DNA of 64,000 nt from Balanoglossus misakiensis (Eukaryota > Animalia > Hemichordata): assembly GCA_040954595.2 (NCBI GenBank), contig CM082595.2, positions 6,686,193 through 6,750,192 on the forward strand, written 5' to 3'. A model generated the notes under the pieces. That model saw nothing but the letters and a program-made list of their open reading frames with translations. It was not told the origin of the DNA and made no database searches. A program made the translations under genes and the position numbers. Shown here piece by piece: positions 36,294 to 46,594 of this stretch (positions are counted from its first letter, which is position 1; each line of letters opens with the position of its first letter).

Positions 36294-38584
36294 ATTTAAA
36301 AACCAACAAACAAACAATACACTGTGCAATTACAATGTCTATGACAAGTCGCACCATGCCAGTTATACTAAGCCATGAAGTTTTATAAGTAAAATCCTGA
36401 CACGAATTGAAAAGATGCAACATATCTAAACGCATATTTTCGAAGAAAAAGTCACATCAAACGATATGGAGGGTCTACTACCTTGTCGCCATACTGGGTC
36501 CACTGGCCGCGCTCGTCCTCCCAATACCAAATCCATTCGGTGGCGAATAGGTGTCCAGGGGGCGCTCTTCCGCTGGACCAGGTGGACAGACGCCTCACTT
36601 CATACCCAGTGTCGCCGGTGTTTCTGTTGGTTGCCTTCATGGAGTCGAAATCCACCTCCCACTGGATATCTTTACTGAGGAGGAAAGAAAGAAAGAAACA
36701 TCCGTGGTGTTTCAAAAGTTCAAAGGTCACTGCTTTAAGCGGAACGGCGATGAAACAAACTCTGTTGGTTTCGACGAAACGCAAAGCGAAAGAGCAGTCA
36801 TCTGAAAAATGCCACGCGTACGCGTCATGTACAGAATTTCTTGTACATGTATTATCAAGACCAGAACGAGACAAAGCATTTCCTTGTTGTGACAGCCCTG
36901 ACATAAGCAGGTGAAAAACCTAGGAAACCCCCCAATAAAAAAGACCCCTTTAAATTAACTTTAAAATATGATATGATATCATTTTTCCTGTCCAAATGTC
37001 GATGAGACAGTCCCGTTGACTGGTTTTCGAATGAAGTGTATGCCCTACCCCAATCTGATTAAAATCAGATATAGGGAACGGCGACTTGGTTTTTTTTATG
37101 ATGTCGTGTGAGGCGACAGCATAAAAAAACCAAGTCGCCGTTCCCTACATCTGATTTTAATCAGATTGGCCCTACCCGGGCCCGATTTGCATATGTTCAG
37201 GAAAACTTGTAACATGCAAGTCCCGATACAAACAGAAAGCCCACTGGTGTGAAAGGTGTGGGATAGTAATCCTCACTTGCCTTACAACTACGATCATGAC
37301 GTCATTTCTTTACAATGACAAGTAGATATTAATGTGTGTATTGTATCATAATCTCTAACTGACGTACAGTAAATAGCGTTACCAGGTAAGCGATTGTGAC
37401 GTCCCATGACTTTTGGCTTCCTGGAAAAATATATACGGGTTCGTGGTATTATACGAACAATAAGATTGAATGGGGTACAAAAATAAAAGTAAAAGTTGAT
37501 TTTTTAAACTGACAAATTCAAATACTCACTAATCAAAAACGGTGACGTCATCTCTACTGGGGTCGCAGAAGTTCTTTTCTATCTTCACGTTCAACGGCCC
37601 TTCAAAGCTGACCCACTTGCTGTCGTGGTAACCAAGGCGTTGCCATAGATACGGCGTATCGCAGTGGTGACGATTGCAGCTGTTGTTGAAGTTGCATTTG
37701 CCGCGGACATAGAAGGTGCAAATGTCGGCGTCGGGGCTCTCCAAGATGCCGTCGAAGCGAAACGATTTGTCGTCCGTCGGCGTTTTCGGAGATCGGGGAT
37801 TGGCCGCGGCGACACCGGCGGGGCCCTTCTGACAGGCGGCGTCCCGAAGATCTTTGAGTACGTCCTTAGGGCTCCGTTTCACATCGATGTTGAATTTTTG
37901 GAGAACGGCCAGTGGCTGGGGATCATAGATGTTGTGAGACCGTTTACACCCCCGATGAAACCTGCAGTCACCAGTAATGTAGTGCCTGCACACGTGCAAT
38001 CTCGTGCACTTGGTACCCTTTTCGCAACCCGACTCGACGTTGTAAAATTTGCATATCTCTGGAACCGTAACATCTTTCCAGCTCTGTTTGAGTAACAGTT
38101 GCATCATTTGCGGGGCCAAGCCATCCAGAAGGTGCTCGTGTAAAACACCGGCGTTGTGGTCGTCCATGAAGTTGTGAGAATAGTTGCACTTCTTGACTAT
38201 CCCGCCAGCTGTCCCCAGAAACCTGCACTTGTCGACCGCGTAGAACTTGCAGATGTGGAGATCGGGACAGAGGTCGTCAGGGCAACCGTTGCGAGTAGCG
38301 TAGCTGTCGCACGGCCGGACGGACGATATCGCTGTCACCTGCGTTCGGTGAGGCTTCACGTCGAGCTGGAACAGGTTTGGGTACTTCATGAGGAACGACT
38401 CTGGCCTCGACCGCCCGAAGAAATAAACCTTCCTGTCGCCAACGGCGGCTTGCAGGGCGTCGACGCTCATGCTTCCTTGATAGGTGCAAAGTATATGGAC
38501 AAGCTCTCGGGCCGCGTCGTCCTGATACGGGCCGGCCGGCAGCGCCCGCGCCCTTCTGTCGTCACGGATCATATACGAGGCCAT
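34647..38584 (-). CDS. PARP12: PARP12-like CCCH-WWE-PARP mono-ADP-ribosyltransferase, paralog C (~721 aa; compact, most PARP12-like)
   Basis: Minus-strand exons 38584-37530, 36674-36482, 36074-35851, 35565-35293, 35067-34647 (2166 nt, in frame). Five CCCH fingers (EICKFYN..., CRFHRGCKRSH), WWE (RRLST, EWIWYWEDERGQWTQYG, DVRRRPKF), PARP domain LFHGT / ICQQNFDWR / YGKGSYFARDASYS / MFFARVLVG / IFVIFD..QAYPEFMI. Confidence 0.94.
36076..36296. repeat. (TGAA)n-(TAAA)n microsatellite abutting a splice acceptor of paralog C
   Basis: Seen directly. On the minus strand the (TTCA)n run leads straight into the acceptor AG at 36076-36075. Confidence 0.92.
37051..37168. mobile_element. 118-bp hairpin MITE with 9-bp target-site duplication GCCCTACCC
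   Basis: CAATCTGATTAAAATCAGATATAGGGAACGGCGACTTGGTTTTTT... pairs with ...AAAAAACCAAGTCGCCGTTCCCTACATCTGATTTTAATCAGATTG. GCCCTACCC at 37042-37050 and 37169-37177. A 7-bp duplication with 1-bp-longer ends is also consistent. Confidence 0.88.
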
Positions 38585-39128
38585 TTTTGACGGTTAATGT
38601 CTGTCCAAGTCAGTGATACAGCAGAAGTGAACGTACACGGACGATATTTGTCTCCGACATCGGCACTACTGGCTTAAAACCCGTGAAAACAGTCCTGTTG
38701 TTAGCGTTCAAGAGACGAGAATTCCCCGAATGATGACATCACCGGGTCACCGCAGTCGAGGTCGCAGATAGCAGGAAAGCACCCGTGAATCTGCTGAATA
38801 CGGCTCGGCTCTCAGCCATCAATGTGTCATTTATCTCTCAGTGAAGCCTCGGCGTAATGAAAATCCCCCCTCCTTCCCGAAAATAATCTAACACAATTGC
38901 CTAGTTTAAATAATTCCTCATTTTTATTTTCCAGCGGCCCAGGTGAAAGGTTACTCTATCCGTACCCATACGACCGCGCAGTATACCAAAAGCGCATGCT
39001 CAGTGAAAATAACTTTTCTTACCTATGTACAGAGGTATAACTGGGATTATATGAGTGTTGTAAAGTGTTCGATATCGCAAGGATATGGTTGGATAAACTG
39101 CAAAGGGAGAATGGTGGTCAGTGACACA

Positions 39129-39233
39129 TATTCTGGTCCCCTGCCCCAATCCCACCGTTGGCTGCGCTACGCTAAAGGGAATGGGTCAGGTTTGGCCTAT
39201 TGTGAACATGGCTCTCATTGGTCAATAAATACG
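39129..39233. mobile_element. Truncated, inverted copy of one end of the TAG-terminated element at 63211-63585
   Basis: TCTGGTCCCCTGCCCCAATCCCACCGTTGGCTGCGCTACGCTAAAGGGAATGGGTCAGG...GGCCTATTGTGAACATGGCTCTCATTGGTCAATA is the reverse complement of ~63480-63585. Confidence 0.8.
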
Positions 39234-40968
39234 AGCACTACCTCTACTTCACCAAGTGGTCCAAGAATTCGATGAAATGGCGCCCTCTGTCGCACATGTT
39301 GTCGAATTCATAAAGGCCAATTCAGTCTGGCGGGACCACAGTGCATAAAGTGGAGTTACGTGTGACCTCTTTCCGCACCATGGCTCTCGCCGGGGGCTAT
39401 TGTGGCAGGAATGTATGTCACCGAGTCAGTGACCTCTCTGTACCACGATTATAGTCAATGCTGCCTTGCACTTGTTGGATGGTCAAAGATTTTGGGTTTA
39501 AACTATACCCACTGAAACTATGACACCGCCGAGACAATTTCAGATTTACCGTAGTCAATGACCTAACACGTCATCGGAACTAAAGCGACTGCGCCCCAGG
39601 GGATACGTGCGATTTGGAAGGCGCGAGAACCCATGATGCAATGGGTCTCTTTCACTACCATTACACTGTATCACCGGTTTCTCGACGAAATACCTTCCAA
39701 ATTATCGTATAATAAATAAATATTTTTATTTAGAGCAACACTCTAATATTATGCAAAATTCTAGATCTTAATCCACCACGTCACGTTACGTTCACAGTTA
39801 AAAACTTATGCAACGTCTAGATTTTACTTTATATGTGCAGTTTTGACTCCGTATTATTAAATGAGAGGAGACAGACAGACAGACAGACACAAACAGAGAC
39901 ATGTGCAGACAGGGGTAAAATAGATACTCTCACGCTAGAATTAAAACCACGGCCTGTCATGTGACATGCAAATATAGCGGCTCACATCCCCAATGTCAAC
40001 ATAGCGCAATCACCCACGGTACAAGGCAGACCAGTCGCCGTAAAACTTTGTTGCGTACTAACTGACACACATAGGATCATAGACCGATTTTTTTCTGCGG
40101 GTGGTGCTTTTCTGGTGTCTGTATGTGAATTAGATTGCTGTCATCAACCGGAGGAAGTATTTTTGGGATACGTATACACATTTAAAGGTGGGTAAGTTTG
40201 ATTTAAGTTGTCGGTAATTGACGACACGCGAACGTGCATCATAGGTGTTCCGTGTTGGTGTGAGTGCAGTGATACGCCATGTTTGTGAACTCGAAAACAA
40301 CGTCAACGGGGCTTACAATGCATGGCGATTCACATTAGACACGATTTTAATTTGATCCAAGGACACAGATACCAAAACAGATCTCTGCTAATCCTACTAA
40401 CAATAGCTCCACGCACACGTACAGACAGTTAATATAACGGGGGACAGGATCCGAATTCGCCAACACTGAGATCGGTGGTGTTAGAGCTTGTTCTGTGCAC
40501 CGACACAGACCCACTTAAACTCCACGTGAGACAGTTTGCCTAACACGGCTGGGAAGCCAACCATAACAACGACCGACATGCTTGTTTAATAACTTCGCAT
40601 TATGATGCAATTTGCTGAGAATAATTTTCCTGGCTATTTGCAGTCACTCGTTACTTCCGTTAGGGCCATACTTGTAAAAATGCCATAAATCAAGGCGCAT
40701 GCGTTGAAAATCACGTCACTCCTTCAGGAACTAAAGTGAACATGTAGCACTGAACAGTTGCGCAATGCAAACAGAGGCGTGGATAATTTATAATATTCAC
40801 GTTCCCGTCTCTGTCGTTTCTTTCGATTGAAGACAAACGCGTCTCTCAATCTCTCTCTGTTCACTCTCTTTAAGAGATTTTCCATTTCCGAGTAAATTTT
40901 AGCACATGCGGACTAGAGATACTAGATTTCCCTCACTTCTCTACAGTCGACACGCATGCGATGGACGC

Positions 40969-40986
40969 CAGCGCCACCTAGCGGTC
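40969..40986 (-). promoter_or_regulatory. CTCF-like motif
   Basis: Minus strand GACCGCTAGGTGGCGCTG closely matches the CTCF core consensus. A weaker same-strand match lies at 39278-39292. Confidence 0.45.
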
Positions 40987-43900
40987 ATATTGTGGGAAAA
41001 TCTGACTTCAAGTTCAACTTTACAACAATCAAACAGGTGTCTCTTGATGTACCACATCCTGGTACTTTGACCCCTATTTTGCTTTTGATTACATATATGG
41101 CTGCCAGAAATTATCACCACAAAATTTGGTAAAGACAGTTGTATGTCGATCGCGATGCTCTGGACAACGAAAATATAAGGATGTGATAAAGTCTTACAAG
41201 CCCTAGCCCTGAGGTCACTGAAATGGACAATTCGAGGCCCCGTGATCGCCCAGTGGGTGGATCAAATCTTGGAGGCATGGAAATCGAACGACAGGTCACG
41301 ATATCGATTAACTGAGAGCGATGAGTGGCCAAAACTCCCGCAGCTGACATGTGATAGGCGGCCGCGGACGGGACTTCACCGGTGTCCGCGAGTCGCTCAC
41401 AACGATCGATCTGGTCCCAACATTAATATGAAAAAATCACATTTTCACGGCGACAATTGGGCTCTTTTGAGCGAGTGTAATGTGCTCGATACGGACGTCG
41501 TCGGCGTTTCTACCACTCTCGAATGATTTTAAAGAGGCCATAATATTGTAAACTAATGGTATGGTCGGTGGCGCTTTATCGCTCAGTCTGGCGCGCCCAG
41601 ATTTTAATGCGTGTTTGCGTATCTGTGTGTAGTCGTTATGCAGAAAGTTTTCTTGGCCTAGGGAGCCTCACAACGGTCGTAAAAGCAATGTTACAGGCGG
41701 GTAAACTGAGTGTTTGTTAGATCTCTGTCGAAAAGAAATCGCACTGTCCAATTTTGCGAAGAGACCTGACTTTGTTATTGATATGTAAATTTACAGGGTC
41801 ATCGGGTCACGAGGAGCGGTACGTCATCAAGGGTAGGGTTTTGTTACGTACACAATACTCACAAGACGCGATCGCAACCACTGTACACAAACCATCGTCG
41901 GACCGGCACGGATCTCTGACGAGCCCAGCTAGGAAACTTTTACCTGCCGAAATCGCCTGAAATGAGATTATGACGGACCTTCCATTTGAGTGTTTGCTTC
42001 TTCTAGCTGTCTGGGTAAGTAAAACAATTATAAGCGATTATATTGGAAGCATCGCGATCGGTTAGGGGTGTTGTATTCTGCGGCTGGGCCGGTTGTATGT
42101 ACTGAAGGTTAATACAATCGCGCTCTCCGTCACAACCAAGGAATTTCAGCGTAGTTTGCTCCGGGGCTATGATCAGAACGACACCGATGTTGATTATTAT
42201 AGCACCGATAAATTTTCAGTAATGGTTCACACGGTAATCATGGAAACCGCTATATACGCCACTCGGCATTTACCATTCACTCAGTGCGTCGCGCCGCGTT
42301 CGCGCGTTCAAACCGCGCCGGTTTTCCCGCGCGTCTGACACCCTTTGTTCTTTCCATTTACCTCTGGGTGCAAATTTCAATGGACTATTGTTCGTTTCAA
42401 TGGGCGATTCACAGCTTCGGGCGCGAAATGTACATTGCGTTAACCTTTGTTGATACCGACAACGTTTGCGCGCGCCTGGGTCTGATATCAAACACGGAGC
42501 ATCTGTGAGAAGGCAAACATGTTTTCCTATCCAGAACGTTGTGAAATACTGAACGACATGTAAATCAAATGAGTGGATGGAAATTCGCTGATTCGTTGCG
42601 TTTTATTGAGTTTCCGAATTCACACGCGCTGATCGCTGTATGAACTATTGCGATACATTGCGATTCTAAATATTTTCTTTTACTGCTCAAAATTCAATTC
42701 AGCGTGTTTGAGAGCACAGTCCAGCGGGACTTCGAGGTATTATCATCGCATGGTCAAACATTGCTGACTGACTAATCGTAGTGTTATTGGTATAGGGCCT
42801 ATGCTAGTGCGTTGTGTTTATCTAACGGTATCTACTAATTAAACCGATCGTGTATTCGTCATATCGCAGATAACCAGGGTGTAAAGTCTCGGGGCAAATC
42901 GAGTTTCAGCCTACGCTAAATAGCTGGCCCAGTCGCGGGGACTGGGATAGCCTTGGGCGGGTGGATAGTCAATATTTTGCGCTGCGGTCACCCGGTGTCA
43001 ACCGTGCTTTGTATTGCAGTGGTCTCTATCACTGTCAGTAATACACATAAAATGAAAAACATGCCACAAAGCACATTCAGCTGTCTCTCTTATCTAGGTT
43101 GGCATTTGACTGCACGCAAATGACACAAAATGAACCTCAAATTGCCCCGAACGAGTTCTATTTTTGTCATGCCTTATACTAGTAGTTTAGCGGTTCATTT
43201 GTGTGTTTAGTGAATCAGAAATCGCAAATGGAGCTATCTTGACCCTGCTTGTAGTTGTAAACTTATTTTGTTGTTGAGAGTGGAATATTTAAATAACGTG
43301 TTAGCGAAATTGGCTTTCGTCTGCGTACACGTGTTCAATTTTGTAATTTTTATAGCAATTTGTGTTACGAGAGAGTTTTTTAAAAGGAGAAGGGGAAATA
43401 GCGCGTATATTTAAGTACAATTATATAGGTCGTTCGTTGGAATGGCGGGAACTTTTCCCTCGTAAATTTAACTTGAAACGCTTTGTGTTCTAAGGTCAGG
43501 ATAAAAGAAAAACTTGTTCCTCGGGATCGCTCTTATACTCTTTTTCCTGTTTTGAAATGTTATACCTTATATATACTGTTTTGAATTACAATAATATTAC
43601 AATTACATTATAGTCCTACTGCAGCAGTTTCATTTAAAATGAAATGCTTGAACTTGAGTTTTCATTATTTGTTTTTCCTTAAGCGATCAAAGCCACTAGA
43701 AAACAGGGTTTTCTATTTGATTCAACCTCTTAACGCCTAGTATAGGGGTGCGTATATTCGTTTTCCGCGCGCGCGGCTTTGTTGATGGATAGCCTTCCGA
43801 AACTAAAATCAACTTGAAAATCGAAACACATAAAAGGCCATCACTGAGAAATAAAAACATTTGGTTGACATCCCTTGAACCTTCGCCAGTGTTTGTTTTT

Positions 43901-44325
43901 CGGGCGCAGAGGTCATTCCCCCACGTGTTCATATTATGGGCATCCACAGCTCACGACGCGCACACATTCCCGCGTTTTAATAACGACGAACCGTGTTATC
44001 TCCAATCTCGCTCACAAAAAGACGAATTTCTCTGATCGATATTCGCCACGCGAAAGCCTGAGCAAGCGCGACCTTTGCAAATACCAATATTTCTGTCGTG
44101 TTCTGGCGGCCTTATTACACTATTATTATGGACACACAAAGCAATGTGCCACATTGCCGCGATCTGACTGTCGATTAGAAATGGATAATGTTTTATGAAA
44201 GCCGGGAATACATTTCGTTGGTTATTAACCCCACCGTTTTCTGTGTAGTATCGAACTTTTGTCCACGCACGAAGAAAACAACATTTCCAATTTTGAGTAA
44301 TTACTCGACCCTGCCTCTCCCGTAG

Positions 44326-44582
44326 TCCTGCTTAGGAACAGCTGTAGAACTCGACAGGACCAACAGATATGGCAACATCGAGGGTCTCAGGGTGTTAGTA
44401 CTCGGCGTGGAACTGAAACATGGCAGTTCTTGAAGGATGAGAAGTGGGCAAAATGCGAGACCGTCTTCACGGTTGCCAGGCAACGGTGGTGGCAGCGATG
44501 CGTCGCAGCTCCCGCACTCGTTGCCTGGGAACGCGACTGACTCAAGTTCACAGCTGACGTCATATCGGCAGCAGCTTCTGAG
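44326..44582 (+). other. Candidate exon of an unidentified + strand gene (possible ATG at 44437, open to the donor)
   Basis: Pyrimidine-rich acceptor CCCTGCCTCTCCCGTAG| and donor GAG|GTAAAG. The ORF MRSGQNARPSSRLPGNGGGSDASQLPHSLPGNATDSSSQLTSYRQQLL runs to the donor. No recognisable homology. Confidence 0.3.
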
Positions 44583-46490
44583 GTAAAGCAGACCTATGAT
44601 TTACCGTCGTTCGGACCCACATTTATTTTCCTCAAGTGGCTGGGGGCCTAAACCATGCATCGCGGCAGGAGAGTGAAATTCATCACGTCAGGAGCGAGAT
44701 GAGAGCTCTCTTTTCACAGAAAAGCTGTCAGGGCTACATGCACACTTCGCAGAAAAAGAGTAGAAGCACTTGAGATTCACATTCAGAATGTTGGCGAAAA
44801 ATGTGTGCTTCCGAATCAATTTGTAAAATGGAGTATCTTTAATTGGCAAAATGGACACAGTCGACCAGCTACAACATACGTCCGGATATTGGTTAGAAAA
44901 CAGTTATCAGTCACGGAGTGGCAGACGAATGTGGCTAGTTATATGTAGAGAGACAAACAGACAGACAGACACAAGACAGACAGATAAACAAACAGACAGA
45001 TAGATAGAGAGATAGACAGACAGACAGACATGATGCATAGGCTTAATCATGGAATGGGCGTCGTTTTGTTGTCACTCTAGTGACTTGAGTTGTAAACCAA
45101 AGGCAATCTCGCGTATTTCTCTCCCATTAAATTCTCATGATATCTCCAGACAAGCTACTATATACGCTATCAATATATCCAGCCTTTATGGGCAGTAATT
45201 CCTTTCCTAATGGCGGACGTCTTTAAAACTTTTATTTGACAGCCACGAGCGGCCATTCCTTTTTGGAGTCATGACATGAAATAAAGATGATACCGAATCA
45301 TATCTCATGAGAGGTCGTTAGATTTATGGTAGCAATAACACAGGAAAAATTGCTATTTTGTATGAGTTTCGCGAATGAACTATATGTAACTGTCAGTAGC
45401 TTGTAAAAAACATAACATGGAATTCGATATTTCGAATCACTGTGTGTTTGTAATGTTATGCATATGAGACAGACAGGCAGACAGACACAAAGACATATAG
45501 CGAGAGGCGTACGTAGAGCAAACAGTGACACAGAAAAAGACCAGACAAAATGAAGTACAGATATTCAACATTATAGATAGAGAAAATGGAACGGTGAGGC
45601 CTGGCCCGTGAAACTAAATACTCATAACTATATCTGTAACTTTTAATATTGTAATTAATAATACCACATGAATGCAGAATGTGTTGATAGACTGTACGTA
45701 TAAACACTCTGCATTCCGGTATGCTTGACCGAGACGACCAAGAAACTGCAGCTGATACAACATAAAAATTAATTAAGAATTACCCACAGTTTACTGCTTT
45801 TCGAGGTTTGAGATAGGTGCGGGCTTAGGATTCATTGTCAGACTCCATTAGACAATTGCAGAGATTAGCTTTCAGGTCACACCAATCGTTCGGCGTTAAA
45901 CCAGGCAACCATTAATAAAAATCAACTCTACAAGACGTGACAGGGCAATTTAGGGAGAGTTCCAACAACACACCTTGGGCTGTCAGTATAATTGAAATGG
46001 TATATCCCAATAGTACAACGAAAAGCGTGTGAATCTGAAACGATTTTTCACCATTACCCAACCGCCCCTCCCACGCCAGTCACGGGTCTTTGGACTATAG
46101 AGGAATGTTTCCGCTTCTTTACAATCAATATCCGACGTTTTATGCGGCGATAGATGCGCTCTTTGATGCGTCGGATTTACGAGAGTAATCAACTCCGACA
46201 GCGAGTCACTTTTCTTCGCCGGTTACCGATGTGTTTTATACACTAGCGCGGTGAGCTTGATGGCTTCTACTGAGAAAATCCATCCCAGGTAATGACGTCC
46301 CGCGGCAGGGAGTCAAAAATCGCGATTTGTTTTGTCGTGCGCTCGCTTTGTCATTCTCTGGGCATCCGAGAGGTTGGAATTTGCAATCTCGGGGGACTGT
46401 CGTCTGCCGTCCCTGTGCTAGCAAACCACGCCTATTTTATGACTAAAAGGAATTATTTAATTTTATTACAACAAAATTAATGTAATCATA

Positions 46491-46594
46491 TGTTGATTAA
46501 GTATATATCCACATGCAGAATAATATCAACGTTGTCTTGTATCAAACATATAATTAATGGAAAAAAGGCAGAGAGAGAGACTTTGTCCCTTTAA
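46491..46594. mobile_element. Right-arm fragment of the 4589-5169 fold-back element (no nested MITE)
   Basis: TATATATCCACATG...TGTCTTGTATCAAACATA...GAGAGACTTTGTCCCT|TTAA matches 4850-4870 joined to 5105-5173. Confidence 0.75.

Noticed and set aside
36076-36435. ORFs with (YLFI)n resembling a membrane protein
   Set aside because: Translations of the (TAAA)n microsatellite. Only 36074-35851 is a real exon.
9892-38584. Functional coupling of the O-methyltransferase pair with the PARP cluster as one pathway
   Set aside because: They are adjacent and convergent, but nothing in the sequence links them beyond one weak IRF-like GGAAAGTGAA near 9590. Adjacency of tandem families is common in animal genomes.
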